A stretch of DNA of 64,000 nucleotides. Source: Minisyncoccota bacterium. GTDB lineage: Bacteria; Patescibacteriota; Minisyncoccia; Phycocordibacterales; UBA9973. The position numbers were made by a program, and so were the translations under genes. The stretch is taken from assembly GCA_041648595.1 (NCBI GenBank), contig JBAZOQ010000003.1:1042-65041 (forward strand). Direction: 5' to 3'. Every line of letters starts with the position of its first letter. Position 1 is the stretch's first letter. Of this stretch, positions 26,384 through 37,292 are shown one piece after another. The notes under the pieces are model-generated. The model did not search any database. It had not been told where the DNA came from and saw only the letters and a program-made list of their open reading frames with translations.

Positions 26384-26713
26384 TTAATTATTTGATAATG
26401 CTTTTGCTTCGTTGTACCTCTCTATTGCCTTCGTACATTTATTGTCCACCCAAAACTGATATCTTGCCTTGTTCCAGTCTCCTAGTGTCGCTCCTGGATG
26501 ATTGTCGTAGAAGTCATTAGTCCATTTATTCATATCTACCATTTTCTCATTAAATCCTGCATCCGTGTCAGCGTAATCATCAGGACACATTGAGAGCTTG
26601 TTTGGTACAGGGCCATAGTGGAAATATAAGATAGCACAGAGAGTGATAAATATAACTGGTATTGAATATTTAATTGTCTTTTGGATTATTGCTTTCATTC
26701 TTATCATATTCAA
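26384..26713 (-). CDS. Small hypothetical protein with N-terminal TM
   Basis: 109 aa ORF. Confidence 0.3.
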   Translation of the reverse strand: MNMIRMKAIIQKTIKYSIPVIFITLCAILYFHYGPVPNKLSMCPDDYADTDAGFNEKMVDMNKWTNDFYDNHPGATLGDWNKARYQFWVDNKCTKAIERYNEAKALSNN

Positions 26714-27195
26714 ACTAACTTCTTTGTCTCTTTATCATAATAAAACATTGAAATGTCATTCTCTCGCAAAAAAGCTCCATAATTATACTCTAGCTGTTCT
26801 GAAGAAGAACCAATCCCTCCGTAATGTTTATCGACAAGAAAAGAAACATAGGTGTGAACCATTTCTTTAAGCTTGCCACCCTCAGGTGAATTCATAAAAT
26901 TAGGAATATTTTTTAGTTCTTCTTTGTCTTTTGTAAGTATAAATTTAAAACAATCATTGCTAAGAACAATGACATTCATTGGATTTATTCCTCCTCTCAT
27001 GCCAGGAAGTGTTTCTTTAATATAATCTTCAATAGCGTTAAGATGTCTTTTTAAAAATACTCGAGCATTTATTGCTATTTCTTTATCTATCTTTTCTTTT
27101 TTATCGATAGATTTATCAGCAGAATTTCCCATAGCTATAAAAAATGCAAAGAAAACAACAATAACGATTATGACTGCAAATAAATTTGTTAACAT
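26710..27195 (-). CDS. Hypothetical protein with N-terminal TM anchor
   Basis: 161 aa; overlaps the downstream ORF by 4 nt. Confidence 0.3.
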   Translation of the reverse strand: MLTNLFAVIIVIVVFFAFFIAMGNSADKSIDKKEKIDKEIAINARVFLKRHLNAIEDYIKETLPGMRGGINPMNVIVLSNDCFKFILTKDKEELKNIPNFMNSPEGGKLKEMVHTYVSFLVDKHYGGIGSSSEQLEYNYGAFLRENDISMFYYDKETKKLV

Positions 27196-27408
27196 AAATA
27201 ATTAATTTTTAGCTAATAATTTCTATCACAAACTTATAACCTAAAAGGAGAGGACGTGGAATAAAAAATGATAAGCCTAATCTGGCTAGTGAAATTTAAA
27301 TATATAGTTCCTTCAAATATTATTCGAATTAATACTTGAATGTTATTAAATCTAGATTAATAACAACATCCCCTCTTTACAAGTTACAAATTTGAACGCA
27401 AAAATCCC

Positions 27409-27497
27409 TCTACCAGGTAGACCCGAAGGTCCTATGTCAGTTTCCCGACATAACGCGAACAGCGACCCTGATAAAGGGATTACTACGCTGTTCGCGA
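27409..27497 (+). ncRNA. Candidate structured RNA: four consecutive hairpins in a 660-bp ORF-free divergent intergenic region (identity unknown, strand uncertain)
   Basis: ctaccaggtag; gaccCGAAggtc; atgtcagtttcccgacat; gcgaacagcg-[ccctgataaaggg…]-cgctgttcgc (10-bp perfect stem with nested hairpin). Confidence 0.3.
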
Positions 27498-27856
27498 TTT
27501 TACTAGCGCCATGCAAATATAAATATTTGTTTAGGCTCTTATTAAGTTTTACTCACTTTACAATTATACCATCTAGCTATTAAAACAAACAATGGCCTCA
27601 AAAGCTGTAATTTTTTTGAGAAATTTTTTTAGCCTTTGGTTTTTAGAATCCAAGATTTAACCAAAAAACACAAATGGGTACGTTTCTCTAGTACTACTAC
27701 CATATTCAATTTCCAAATAGACAACCCCCCTATCTCACTATTTTTAATACTCAATTATAAATATTTAAAAACTATTTAAGTGAAGCAAATTATTAATAAC
27801 AAAAATGCTTCACAACATGTTGGTCGGCATGAATTATTAATTAATCATTTAACGTT

Positions 27857-28180
27857 ATGAAATCAATAAAAGAGATATTAGAAGGTCCCGAGATAAGCAA
27901 TTTTTCGGGAAGCGATAAAACCCGTTCCATCGTAGAATCTGAAATTATTTCTCGATGGGGTAAAAGTGAATTGAAGAACTATGATCCATTAAGGTCAACT
28001 CTCACAGCAAAAACTTGGATTATGAAATTCGGGATGATTCCAAAGAAGGGCGAAAAAGCAATAAGATCATTTGTTGTATTAGAAACACGTGATACAAGAG
28101 ATCCAACGAAAGTTATTAAACGCATAAAGAGTGTCTATCTCTTCCATTATAGGCAGGTCACTGAATTAGCTAAAAGATAA
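27857..28180 (+). CDS. Hypothetical protein
   Basis: 107 aa ORF. Confidence 0.3.
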   Translation: MKSIKEILEGPEISNFSGSDKTRSIVESEIISRWGKSELKNYDPLRSTLTAKTWIMKFGMIPKKGEKAIRSFVVLETRDTRDPTKVIKRIKSVYLFHYRQVTELAKR

Positions 28181-28367
28181 CATGAAGAAAATAAATACGA
28201 TAAGTTATCAAAATAGACACGGGACTAGAAATATCAGACCCACCGCTCCAAAGCTAATGCTAGCTAATTTCTATCTGAAAAACATTTCGGGGTTTGATAT
28301 TTCAAGCAAAGTAAGTGTCGAGTACTTACCTAACAAAATCATTATAAATAAAATCTAATTAAACATT

Positions 28368-28952
28368 ATGAATCAAAATTATAAAAATGAGATCCCTTCT
28401 ACCTACAAAAGAGAAAGGTTAAATCCTATTCAAGAAGAGATAGCTAAGAACGTCGGAACTTATAATCTCACTGCTGTAATAGAAGAAGACAAGGAAACAC
28501 TTTCAAAGCTTAAGAATATTCCAAACTCAATCTGTTTCCTTTGCACCTTAAAAATTGGAAATGAAGTAATAGGAATAGGTCGTGGAAGTGCAAACTTAAA
28601 CCGTATGAATCGTGGGATCGAAAGAGGCGTTAGGTATAGTTTCGGAAATTCCATCGTCGATTCCGTCGTTAGAGGAATTAAGAATCTTGATGCTTTATAT
28701 TTCAACACAATAAATAAACCTGAAAATAAAATTCAGGAAGAAGTTGATCTTGAAGGTCGAGATTCTCCAGCTTTCTTTGGTGAAGATGATATGCCACAAA
28801 TTGCAACGGAAAAACAGTTAAATTTTGCAAAGAAATTAATAGCAAATTGTGGCGATAATGAGAAAGAACAATATCTTGAACAAATATCTTCACCTTACTT
28901 CAGCAAATTCCAATGCTCTGAGCTTATCCAAAAGCTTATGCCAGTAAGATAA
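28368..28952 (+). CDS. Hypothetical protein
   Basis: 194 aa ORF. Confidence 0.3.
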   Translation: MNQNYKNEIPSTYKRERLNPIQEEIAKNVGTYNLTAVIEEDKETLSKLKNIPNSICFLCTLKIGNEVIGIGRGSANLNRMNRGIERGVRYSFGNSIVDSVVRGIKNLDALYFNTINKPENKIQEEVDLEGRDSPAFFGEDDMPQIATEKQLNFAKKLIANCGDNEKEQYLEQISSPYFSKFQCSELIQKLMPVR

Positions 28953-28976
28953 ATTATTAACCTAATATAAAAAATT

Positions 28977-29201
28977 ATGAACACAACAGCTAGTTTGGAA
29001 ACTCCCCGACATAGTTTCTTCTTAGAAGATACAGATGAGCCAGGAATGGCAACAAGCTATCAAAAGAGAACTATCTACCGTCTTTTGTGTGAAAACATGG
29101 AGGACGGAGAAAGCAGAGAGATAAATATTAACCAAATTCCTTATGTCTCAAAAGACGAAGCTACTCTTTGGATTAAAGAGTTGGAGAATTCAATTTGGTA
29201 G
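28977..29201 (+). CDS. Hypothetical small protein
   Basis: 74 aa ORF followed by a hairpin terminator. Confidence 0.3.
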   Translation: MNTTASLETPRHSFFLEDTDEPGMATSYQKRTIYRLLCENMEDGESREININQIPYVSKDEATLWIKELENSIW

Positions 29202-29215
29202 AATAGACAACATTC

Positions 29216-29247
29216 AAAGGTGGTCCTTAACTGGTCCACCTTTTTTG
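29216..29247 (+). terminator. Rho-independent terminator (ggtggtcc-ttaact-ggtccacc + T-run)
   Basis: Read directly. Confidence 0.55.
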
Positions 29248-29401
29248 TTGTTATTTTAGCTCTTCGTCTATCTTTGCTTTTATTTTAATTATTACACTAT
29301 CTATGTCATACGCAGGATAATCTTCTCCCGCTTGAGCTATTTGTTGACTTACCATATCATTGTATATTTCCCACAAAAACTTGATTGTTTCTTTATTCAT
29401 T

Positions 29402-30454
29402 TTATTTTAAATTTTTAAGTTTATTTTTAACTTCATCTTCTCTTATTTGAACAAGGGGAGATTTAAAGTAATAAGCACTAACCTCTTCTAAATTACCCGA
29501 TATTCCTTTATTTAAAGCTAATTTCATGTATCTAACAACATCAACAATACATCCAGCACTATTAGGACTATCTTCAACAGACAATTTAAGATCAAGTTCA
29601 AAAGGTACATCACCAAACTGAGTGCCTTTCACATTAATATAACAAATCTTATTATCTTTTAAATGACTAACAAAATCTGATGGTCCTATCCTCGTAGAAA
29701 TTTTCTCTCCTTCATCAAGATTAGAAACAACTGCTTGTGTTTTTGATATTCTTTTACTTTCTAAACGAGACTTATTTAGCATATTTCTAAAATCAGTATT
29801 ACCACCTATGTTTAATTGATATGTATTATCTATTTTAAAACCCCTGTCTTGCATTAACCTAGTAATTATTCTGTGAAGAATAGTAGCCCCAACTTGAGAT
29901 TTTATATCATCTCCCGCACAAGGTAAACCTTTTTCCTTAAATTTATCTATCCAAGCTTTATCCGAACATATAAATTCTGGAATTGCATTTATAAAACCAA
30001 CACCAGCTTCTAACGCAGATTCTGCATAAAATCTAGCCGCCTTGGCACTGCCAACAGGTAAATAACATACAACCATTTCTGCTTTTGAATTCTTTAAAAT
30101 CTCAACAATATTGGATGTTTCTTGATTGTCGTCGATAAGAAAATATTCTCCCATTGTATTAGAAATTCCATCTAAAACATTTCCTTTATTTACTACTACA
30201 TCCTTATGGGGTATATCAGAAAACTTTTTTGTACAATTTGGCTCAGAAAATATTGCTTCTGATAAATCTTTCCCAACCTTCCTCTTATCAACATCAAAAG
30301 CGGCCACGACTTCTATATCACTCACACGATAACCTCCTATTGTCTCATTTATTAAGCCATTTTTATTATTTAAATCCTTATAAAATTCAATACCCTGAAC
30401 TAAAGAACTTGCACAATTACCTACCCCTACTATAGCTATTTTTATTTTTTCCAT
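29402..30454 (-). CDS. ino1: myo-Inositol-1-phosphate synthase (bacterial/archaeal short type)
   Basis: N-terminal IAIVGVGNCASSLVQGIEFY matches the conserved MIPS NAD-binding signature; 350 aa. Confidence 0.85.
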   Translation of the reverse strand: MEKIKIAIVGVGNCASSLVQGIEFYKDLNNKNGLINETIGGYRVSDIEVVAAFDVDKRKVGKDLSEAIFSEPNCTKKFSDIPHKDVVVNKGNVLDGISNTMGEYFLIDDNQETSNIVEILKNSKAEMVVCYLPVGSAKAARFYAESALEAGVGFINAIPEFICSDKAWIDKFKEKGLPCAGDDIKSQVGATILHRIITRLMQDRGFKIDNTYQLNIGGNTDFRNMLNKSRLESKRISKTQAVVSNLDEGEKISTRIGPSDFVSHLKDNKICYINVKGTQFGDVPFELDLKLSVEDSPNSAGCIVDVVRYMKLALNKGISGNLEEVSAYYFKSPLVQIREDEVKNKLKNLK

Positions 30455-31382
30455 ATAATTTTTTAATTAAAACATTAATTCCATCTAGTTTCTTTGACTT
30501 TTTGTAAATTTTGCTGATTTGCAAACTGGTTAAATCCTTATTAAAACTTAAGTTAAACCTTAAAATATCTCTTAATGTAGCATACTGCTCAAACTCTTGG
30601 AAATCAAGCACTTTACCACTTGAAATTTCTTTATAAATTTTAGGGAAAACAGTAACAGGGTTTTGTTGTAATAAATGCAATTTATCTATTTCATTAAATA
30701 ACCATTGAATGAATTTTAAATAATCAGAAAAAGATAGATAAATTCTAATCTTGTTAATAAAAATCAACAATAAATTAAATCCTGTAAAATAACGTTTTTC
30801 TTTATCAGATTTTTTAGCATGAATTTCATCCTTTCTCCTAAACTCAAACCACTTTCCATCTTTACGGTACAAAGGTGGTGTAAAATCATTGTAAATAAGT
30901 TTACCCCTAGAATCTATAAAAAAATTATCTGGATTAGGATCGATAGAACATATTAATTGATTAAGATATAAATTACGTCTAGAACTTGTTAGTTCTATTA
31001 TCGACTTAGAAATAGCTTTAAAATATTTTACTTTCTGAGTAGTTGTTTTAATTTCAACCACTTTCCCTTTTGGAAAATATTCTGTTATTAATAAAATGGT
31101 ATTTTGTTTTATATTAATTTCAGTAAGAAAAATTTTAGGCAAACCTATCACTCTTAAATGTTTTTTTAAAAGATTATAGAAAACATGTAGGTTTTTTTCT
31201 AAAGTAATTAACTGTTGAGTAGATAAATTATATTGCTTACCAACTTTTCTAACTACATAGTATTTACTATGCCATCTATATAAAGATGCTTCATTGTGAA
31301 TACCTCTACTATTAGAATTAAGTTTTTTTATTAACTTTCCCTTATTTATGACTATTTGTATGTCTTTTTGATTATTTCTCAT
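30417..31382 (-). CDS. Hypothetical protein (possibly kinase-like fold)
   Basis: 321 aa; overlaps ino1 by 38 nt; no firm motif. Confidence 0.3.
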   Translation of the reverse strand: MRNNQKDIQIVINKGKLIKKLNSNSRGIHNEASLYRWHSKYYVVRKVGKQYNLSTQQLITLEKNLHVFYNLLKKHLRVIGLPKIFLTEINIKQNTILLITEYFPKGKVVEIKTTTQKVKYFKAISKSIIELTSSRRNLYLNQLICSIDPNPDNFFIDSRGKLIYNDFTPPLYRKDGKWFEFRRKDEIHAKKSDKEKRYFTGFNLLLIFINKIRIYLSFSDYLKFIQWLFNEIDKLHLLQQNPVTVFPKIYKEISSGKVLDFQEFEQYATLRDILRFNLSFNKDLTSLQISKIYKKSKKLDGINVLIKKLYGKNKNSYSRGR

Positions 31383-32427
31383 CTACAATTGGCTTTATAA
31401 TATCACCTAGCTTTTCCAAAGAAATAAAGGTAACGCCGTTTGATTCTCTTAAAGCTCCTACAACTTTTACTTTGTCACCAGTTTGAATAAAATCTTTTAA
31501 AGACCAAATTCCAGTAACAACATCTATTTTCTGATTCTCACTTTCTATAGAAAAAACTCTTGGTAAATTTGAAGAAAGTGAAGTATCAAGCGCTGTACCT
31601 TCTATGGAAATATCGTGTATCTTTTTAGAACCAACAACTATTGGTATTTTTTTATTAGGATCATTAGATGGCAAAGCACAGTTAAGTGAAAGCTTAATCC
31701 CAGGATTCAGCATATAACGCCTACGTCTAGTAAACATAATTTTTGCTTCTGCTTCAGTAAGGTTGAATTTCTTCATATAATACTCAACATACTTCTCAAA
31801 CCTTGATGTATCACCAAAATCAATACCTATTTTATTTCTTAGATTTTCATCCCTTTCTAGAGATTCAACCACCCGTTGCAAATCATTTGGACCATAAATT
31901 ATTAAATCTATATCAGGCTTATTGGAATAAGTAAAATCTTTCATAAACCGAGAGCCAAATAATCCAAAATCTACATTTTTAAATTCCGACATTAAACGCA
32001 TTAAGGATTCTGTGTCTTCTGGTTTACCATGTTCTAAAAATAGCTTAAGATTGTCTCTCCCTCGTAGTATTTGAGTATTATTCTCGAAGGGCATAGCTAA
32101 AAAGCTTAATTCTGACGAAGGATCATAAACAACATAATAATTCATTTCTTCTGAACTTGAAGCTGCTTCTATCCCCTCCTTATATCCATATAACTTTTTT
32201 TTCCACTGCTCAGGTCCATGACTTTTAAAATAAGTTATTGCAGTAGGAATCCTGATAGTTGATTCTTGCCCTTTTTCATTAACCACTTCACAAACAAAAT
32301 TATCCTGAACAAAGCCAATTCGTTCTATATCTTTTTCAATATGAATTAAAGCATCATAAGGACGTGGATCGTCTTCTTTCTGTTCCCTAACTTTATCAAC
32401 GAAGAATTTAGGTGTTTCCTGGGGCAT
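31372..32427 (-). CDS. Nucleotidyltransferase-domain protein (Pol-beta superfamily)
   Basis: GS…DID motif (FGLFGSRFMKDFTYSNKPDIDLIIY). Confidence 0.5.
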   Translation of the reverse strand: MPQETPKFFVDKVREQKEDDPRPYDALIHIEKDIERIGFVQDNFVCEVVNEKGQESTIRIPTAITYFKSHGPEQWKKKLYGYKEGIEAASSSEEMNYYVVYDPSSELSFLAMPFENNTQILRGRDNLKLFLEHGKPEDTESLMRLMSEFKNVDFGLFGSRFMKDFTYSNKPDIDLIIYGPNDLQRVVESLERDENLRNKIGIDFGDTSRFEKYVEYYMKKFNLTEAEAKIMFTRRRRYMLNPGIKLSLNCALPSNDPNKKIPIVVGSKKIHDISIEGTALDTSLSSNLPRVFSIESENQKIDVVTGIWSLKDFIQTGDKVKVVGALRESNGVTFISLEKLGDIIKPIVDEK

Positions 32428-32430
32428 ATT

Positions 32431-33414
32431 TTAAATATTATCTAAATTTATAACAAGTCCATTCAAACCAATTAGTTTTGTATCTTTACTAGTTGATTCT
32501 TTAATAAACTCATTTACTTTTTGTGGGTATTCAGGACCCAAACATCCATGAGGATTAAAATGCTCAAAAAGACCAAGTTTGACTTTTGAATCGCGCAAAA
32601 CTTCTACAGCATCAGATACAGTAGAGTGATAAAAATTATGCTTAGTATATTTTCTAAACTCCACATCATGTAAATTAAAAACCAACAAATCAATTTCACT
32701 GAAAACTTTCTTTAATCTTTCATTAAAAGTTCCTGGTCCTTCTATTTCTTTTTTATCTGCAATCTTCTCCAATGCTGATAGTTCTCTGCCGTCAGCAGTC
32801 TTATATGTTGCATTAAAACCAGTGTCTCCAGTATATCCAACTTTTAATCCATTTAAATCTAGAACGAAACCAAAAGATCCACCAATTGAATGTACAACCT
32901 CTATGGGCTTAAGTTTAATATTGTTACCTAAATTTATTTCTTCTGCCTTATTAAGCACGGTAAGTTTATTATCACTTGATGGAGAGAAGTGATATTGACC
33001 AATAACTTTTTCATCTAAAGTATTTTGTGACATCAAAACATTCAACCCAGAATTCTCACGATAAGAAGCCATTTCAGCAATTAAATCAGCATCATTACTA
33101 TGATCAATATGAGCGTGAGAAATAAATAGAGTGTTGGTGCGAGCTAAATTTACACCAATTCTTTCCGCTCTTTCTAGTATGTTGATTCCAGGATCAACCA
33201 TCATTTCTAAATCGTTGTATTTAATATAGAACCCAGACCATAAAGGCTTTAAGGCACTATTCCACTTATAGTCAGGATTAAATTGTCTACCCAAAAAAGC
33301 TATAAAATTACCTTCTATCTTATGGGGCATTTCTCCGAGTTCTTTTCTGAGAGTATTAGATACATCTCTTGCTTCTTTTGATAGTTGTTTTAACTCAGTG
33401 AAATCAATAGGCAT
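32431..33414 (-). CDS. Metallo-beta-lactamase fold hydrolase
   Basis: HxHxDH motif (SHAHIDHSND). Confidence 0.65.
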   Translation of the reverse strand: MPIDFTELKQLSKEARDVSNTLRKELGEMPHKIEGNFIAFLGRQFNPDYKWNSALKPLWSGFYIKYNDLEMMVDPGINILERAERIGVNLARTNTLFISHAHIDHSNDADLIAEMASYRENSGLNVLMSQNTLDEKVIGQYHFSPSSDNKLTVLNKAEEINLGNNIKLKPIEVVHSIGGSFGFVLDLNGLKVGYTGDTGFNATYKTADGRELSALEKIADKKEIEGPGTFNERLKKVFSEIDLLVFNLHDVEFRKYTKHNFYHSTVSDAVEVLRDSKVKLGLFEHFNPHGCLGPEYPQKVNEFIKESTSKDTKLIGLNGLVINLDNI

Positions 33415-33421
33415 AAATTTT

Positions 33422-34066
33422 TTATTTTATATTAAGGTTAATAGCTATATCTTCTAACATTTTGTTGATTATTGCAACTAAAGATTTGGAATTATCTAAT
33501 AAATAAACTGTCGGAAAATTCATTTCTTCCTTTAAAATTTCATCAACTTTTAATAAATTAATAAATTCTTTGTCAGAAACATTACGTGGATTTCTTGTAT
33601 CACTATTTTTTAATTGTTTCCTATACTTTTTTGGATCGGTAACTAGAATATGAAATTGAATTATTTGATTATTTAAGTAACGAGTCAACAACTGAACACC
33701 TTCTATAATACAAGAAACACCACCTGCATTATACTTTTTAATCATGAAATTAATCACTTTACTTATAATTAAAGATTGCTTTTGTAAATCAATAACACTA
33801 AGGGGAGAAAAGTAATTATTCATCTTTAGAAAATCTTTATTTTTTGGTTCCATTGAAATCAATGTCTTCACTATCGCACCCAACCCAATACGTTGTTTTA
33901 TTTCTAAAATATTCGACAGGTGAAAAGCAAGAGTGGTTTTTCCCACACCATTAATACCAGAGATTACAATAATTAACGGACGCTCTCCATTTTTTATATG
34001 TTTTTTAATTTTATTCGCTAAATTATAATTTATTTTTTCCATAAACTGAGCTAAAAAGTTTCTCAA
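33422..34066 (-). CDS. P-loop NTPase / small-molecule kinase-like protein
   Basis: Walker A ISGINGVGKTT. Confidence 0.5.
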   Translation of the reverse strand: MRNFLAQFMEKINYNLANKIKKHIKNGERPLIIVISGINGVGKTTLAFHLSNILEIKQRIGLGAIVKTLISMEPKNKDFLKMNNYFSPLSVIDLQKQSLIISKVINFMIKKYNAGGVSCIIEGVQLLTRYLNNQIIQFHILVTDPKKYRKQLKNSDTRNPRNVSDKEFINLLKVDEILKEEMNFPTVYLLDNSKSLVAIINKMLEDIAINLNIK

Positions 34067-35225
34067 CTTTTTTTATTTGTTTATTTAATTCGAATTCGTT
34101 TTTGACAACGGAGTATGCATTTTTCACTAAACGATCTCTCAATTTTCGATCTTTGTAAAGTAGATTAATAGATGAAGCAAGTTTCTTGGGATTTTTAATT
34201 GGCACCAATAAACCCGTTTTATTATGTTTAACTACTTCATTAACTCCTGGAATATTTGTAGCCAAAACTGGCTTCTTCATAGACATTCCCTCTAATAAAA
34301 CTATACCTAATCCTTCAGAATACGAAGGCAATACCATCATATCAGAAAGCGCATAAACCTTTGGCATATCTTCAATAAGAAATTCATCCACCTTTATCTT
34401 AACATTATTTTCTATCTTTAGTTCCTTAATAAGCTTTAAAACAAGTTTACTAAATTTATCATTTGTAGAAAGGTTGCTTGTTGGTATTAAAAGTTTAATA
34501 TTTGGAATTGTTGTTTTCTTTAACATACTAACTGCTTTTAAAATATCTAAAATTCCTTTTCTTTCAATCAATCTAACAGGACAAAGAACAATAAAATCCT
34601 CGTCGTTAAAACCATACCCTTTCCTGTTTATTTTTATTTCAAAAGAAAACTTTTTCATATCTACGCCATAATAAATATGGTGAGCATTTTTCACTTTTTC
34701 ATCAATATTCTTTTTTACTGTATTTAAATAATTATTACTACAAGCTAAATAAGCATCAAAAGATCTTTGTTTAAAAATAAATCTTGCTATAGATAGTTCA
34801 AACTCCAAATTTCCAGGCCAAATACCAACAAGCTTATTTACATCCAACTCTGGAGTAGAATGATAGCTAAAAATATGTTTAGCTCGTAAACCATCTTTAA
34901 TCATAGAAATTAACAAACAAGGAATATAACCATTTGAATAAATAATATCAGGATCAAACTTTTTTAAAACTGTAAATGATTCTATCAATAAGTCCCGAAA
35001 GGGGGCTTTCATTTTTATTGCTTCGCGAAAAAGAGGCATTCTAATAACCTTAAAATAAGATGATTTATAGTCTTTAATTCTTAATTTTAAAGAATCAGGA
35101 ACTTCCCCCGTCAAAACTAAAACTTCATGTCCCAACTTACCCAACCCGACAGCTAGGTTATATTGATACGTTTGGGCTCCCCCTATAATAGGCGGAAAAC
35201 TATGAGCGTAAATACAAATTTTCAT
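34023..35225 (-). CDS. Glycosyltransferase family 4 (GT-B, group 1)
   Basis: N-terminal HSFPPIIGGAQ…, C-terminal EGLGIVLLEGMSMKKPVLATNIPG (E-X7-E region). Confidence 0.8.
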   Translation of the reverse strand: MKICIYAHSFPPIIGGAQTYQYNLAVGLGKLGHEVLVLTGEVPDSLKLRIKDYKSSYFKVIRMPLFREAIKMKAPFRDLLIESFTVLKKFDPDIIYSNGYIPCLLISMIKDGLRAKHIFSYHSTPELDVNKLVGIWPGNLEFELSIARFIFKQRSFDAYLACSNNYLNTVKKNIDEKVKNAHHIYYGVDMKKFSFEIKINRKGYGFNDEDFIVLCPVRLIERKGILDILKAVSMLKKTTIPNIKLLIPTSNLSTNDKFSKLVLKLIKELKIENNVKIKVDEFLIEDMPKVYALSDMMVLPSYSEGLGIVLLEGMSMKKPVLATNIPGVNEVVKHNKTGLLVPIKNPKKLASSINLLYKDRKLRDRLVKNAYSVVKNEFELNKQIKKVEKLFSSVYGKNKL

Positions 35226-35284
35226 ATCTTTATTAAAACGTCGTTAGTTACTTAATAATTTATCCATGTTTTTACTAAAAATTT

Positions 35285-36193
35285 TTAATCTTTTACCCAA
35301 AAATCACTCGGTAGGGATTTTATAAAATTAAAAACTTTTGATAAATATTCCAACAAGCCAGGATATTCTAATACATCTTCCAATAATTTAGTTTGTTCTG
35401 AATTTATAGAATCTGGTAAAAATTCTTTATCCACCCCATTTATATTTGTAGTAAAAATTTGTCTTTTAGGATCAAATTTTACAAATTGAATCACCTCTTC
35501 ATCTCTTGTATTTAATATTTTTAATTCACGAGGTACTTGTATAAAATGTTTAGTTAATTGCTGGCACCACTCAACACCTAATGGATGAATATCAAATAAT
35601 CTTTCTCTGCGTTTATTTTTTTGTGGATTATACGCTTTCTGAATAAATTTAGCACCTTCAACGCTTGCTATTTCAGAATTCCAATCCTTATAAACAGAAG
35701 ATACTCCTGGGATAACTGGTACTGGTTTAGAAAATTTCCAACTTGGCTCTAAAACAAATACTTTTAAACCATTGGATTCATTGGCATACATTGGAGTAAT
35801 ATGCCTAAATTTTAAAAACTCAGCTTGTCGTTTAGTATAATCTTTTTCTTCTGGAAACCTCCCAATAATTGTCGTAGGTACTCCAATGTCTGCTAACATT
35901 TTTTGACACAATATAGCAAAATCAACACAATTGCCAGATTTTTCACTTTGAATAAAATCAGGGCTTTCATAATCCCATTTTTCCAATAACTTCACACTAC
36001 CAGACGGATCAGTCTGGGTTTCATTTGCCAAATCTGCAAGTTTCCCAAAATGAGAAAAGGTATTAAAACGATAATCTTCTGAAATCCGTAACAAAACTTC
36101 AGATATTTTCCTGAGTTGAGATTCTAAATTTTCTCTATCAATTTGTAGGAATTGCTTATCTATGTTTATAACTCTTTCAGGTCCTTTTTCCAT
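35285..36193 (-). CDS. Hypothetical protein
   Basis: 302 aa ORF in operon. Confidence 0.3.
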   Translation of the reverse strand: MEKGPERVINIDKQFLQIDRENLESQLRKISEVLLRISEDYRFNTFSHFGKLADLANETQTDPSGSVKLLEKWDYESPDFIQSEKSGNCVDFAILCQKMLADIGVPTTIIGRFPEEKDYTKRQAEFLKFRHITPMYANESNGLKVFVLEPSWKFSKPVPVIPGVSSVYKDWNSEIASVEGAKFIQKAYNPQKNKRRERLFDIHPLGVEWCQQLTKHFIQVPRELKILNTRDEEVIQFVKFDPKRQIFTTNINGVDKEFLPDSINSEQTKLLEDVLEYPGLLEYLSKVFNFIKSLPSDFWVKD

Positions 36194-36202
36194 AGTTAAA
36201 AA

Positions 36203-37252
36203 TTATTTTAAAGTATTATTAAAAATTCCAGATTTAGCTATAAAATGTTTGTTTTGTAATATCCATTCATACATAGTTTTTATCCCTTGTTTGGGAGTAA
36301 TACATGGAACCCAATTAAAATCTTTTTTAGCAGATGAAATATCTGAAATATAAACTTTCTGATCTGCCAACCGCCAAGGCTTTAATTTATAACCAAACTT
36401 TTTACCAGAAATACTTTTTAAAATTTCAAAAAACTCTAAAATCGAAACCGCAGATTTTAAGCCCCCGCCAATTGTATAAGCTTTCCCTCTTGTTTTTTTA
36501 ATATTTTTGAAAGCTAGATCAAAAGCATTTACTAAATCATCAATATGTAATACATCTCTAACCTGCTTACCATTGCCATATAAAGTTAAAGGGTGATTAA
36601 AAACCAAAGAACTAATAAACCAAGCAAGCCATCCTTGCCCCTCTATACCAAATTGTCGAGAACCATAAATACATGACTGTCTAAAAACTATAGTATTTAA
36701 TTTATAAATTCTTGCATAATCTAAAACATATTGATCCCCGCATCCCTTTGAGCATCCATATGGACTACAAAAATCTAATGGTTGTTTTTCAGAAATACCT
36801 TTTATGTTTTTAAAAACATATTTACTTTTTTCTTCTCGGATAGGTATATCAGCTAATTCTCCCATTACTTTATTTGTACTAGAATAAATTAAAGAGGCTT
36901 TCGGCGCTCCACTTCTCATTGCTTCTAGCACATTGAAGGTTCCCAGAGCATTTATTTCAAAATCTTCTTTTGGATTTATGATTGATCCAGTTACTGTCGT
37001 TTGAGCTGCTAAATGTAAAATTAAATCTGGTTTAAATTCTTTAAAAACCTTAGCCAAAGAATCCCCGTTTCTAATATCTATTTTCTTAAAAGAAAATTTA
37101 CCTTTAAGTGTTCGTAGCCACTTTAAATTTTGTTCAGAACCAACTCTACTTAAATTATCTACCGCAAGAACTTGATAGTGTTTATTAAGGTAATATTCAG
37201 CGACGTTTGCACCAATAAAGCCACAACCACCAGTGATGAGAATTTTATTCAT
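36203..37252 (-). CDS. NAD-dependent sugar epimerase/dehydratase (extended SDR)
   Basis: GGCGFIGANV Rossmann motif, YxxxK (YGCSK). Confidence 0.8.
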   Translation of the reverse strand: MNKILITGGCGFIGANVAEYYLNKHYQVLAVDNLSRVGSEQNLKWLRTLKGKFSFKKIDIRNGDSLAKVFKEFKPDLILHLAAQTTVTGSIINPKEDFEINALGTFNVLEAMRSGAPKASLIYSSTNKVMGELADIPIREEKSKYVFKNIKGISEKQPLDFCSPYGCSKGCGDQYVLDYARIYKLNTIVFRQSCIYGSRQFGIEGQGWLAWFISSLVFNHPLTLYGNGKQVRDVLHIDDLVNAFDLAFKNIKKTRGKAYTIGGGLKSAVSILEFFEILKSISGKKFGYKLKPWRLADQKVYISDISSAKKDFNWVPCITPKQGIKTMYEWILQNKHFIAKSGIFNNTLK

Positions 37253-37292
37253 ATATTCTTGTATTTAACCATTTTTTATGAATAAAATCAAT

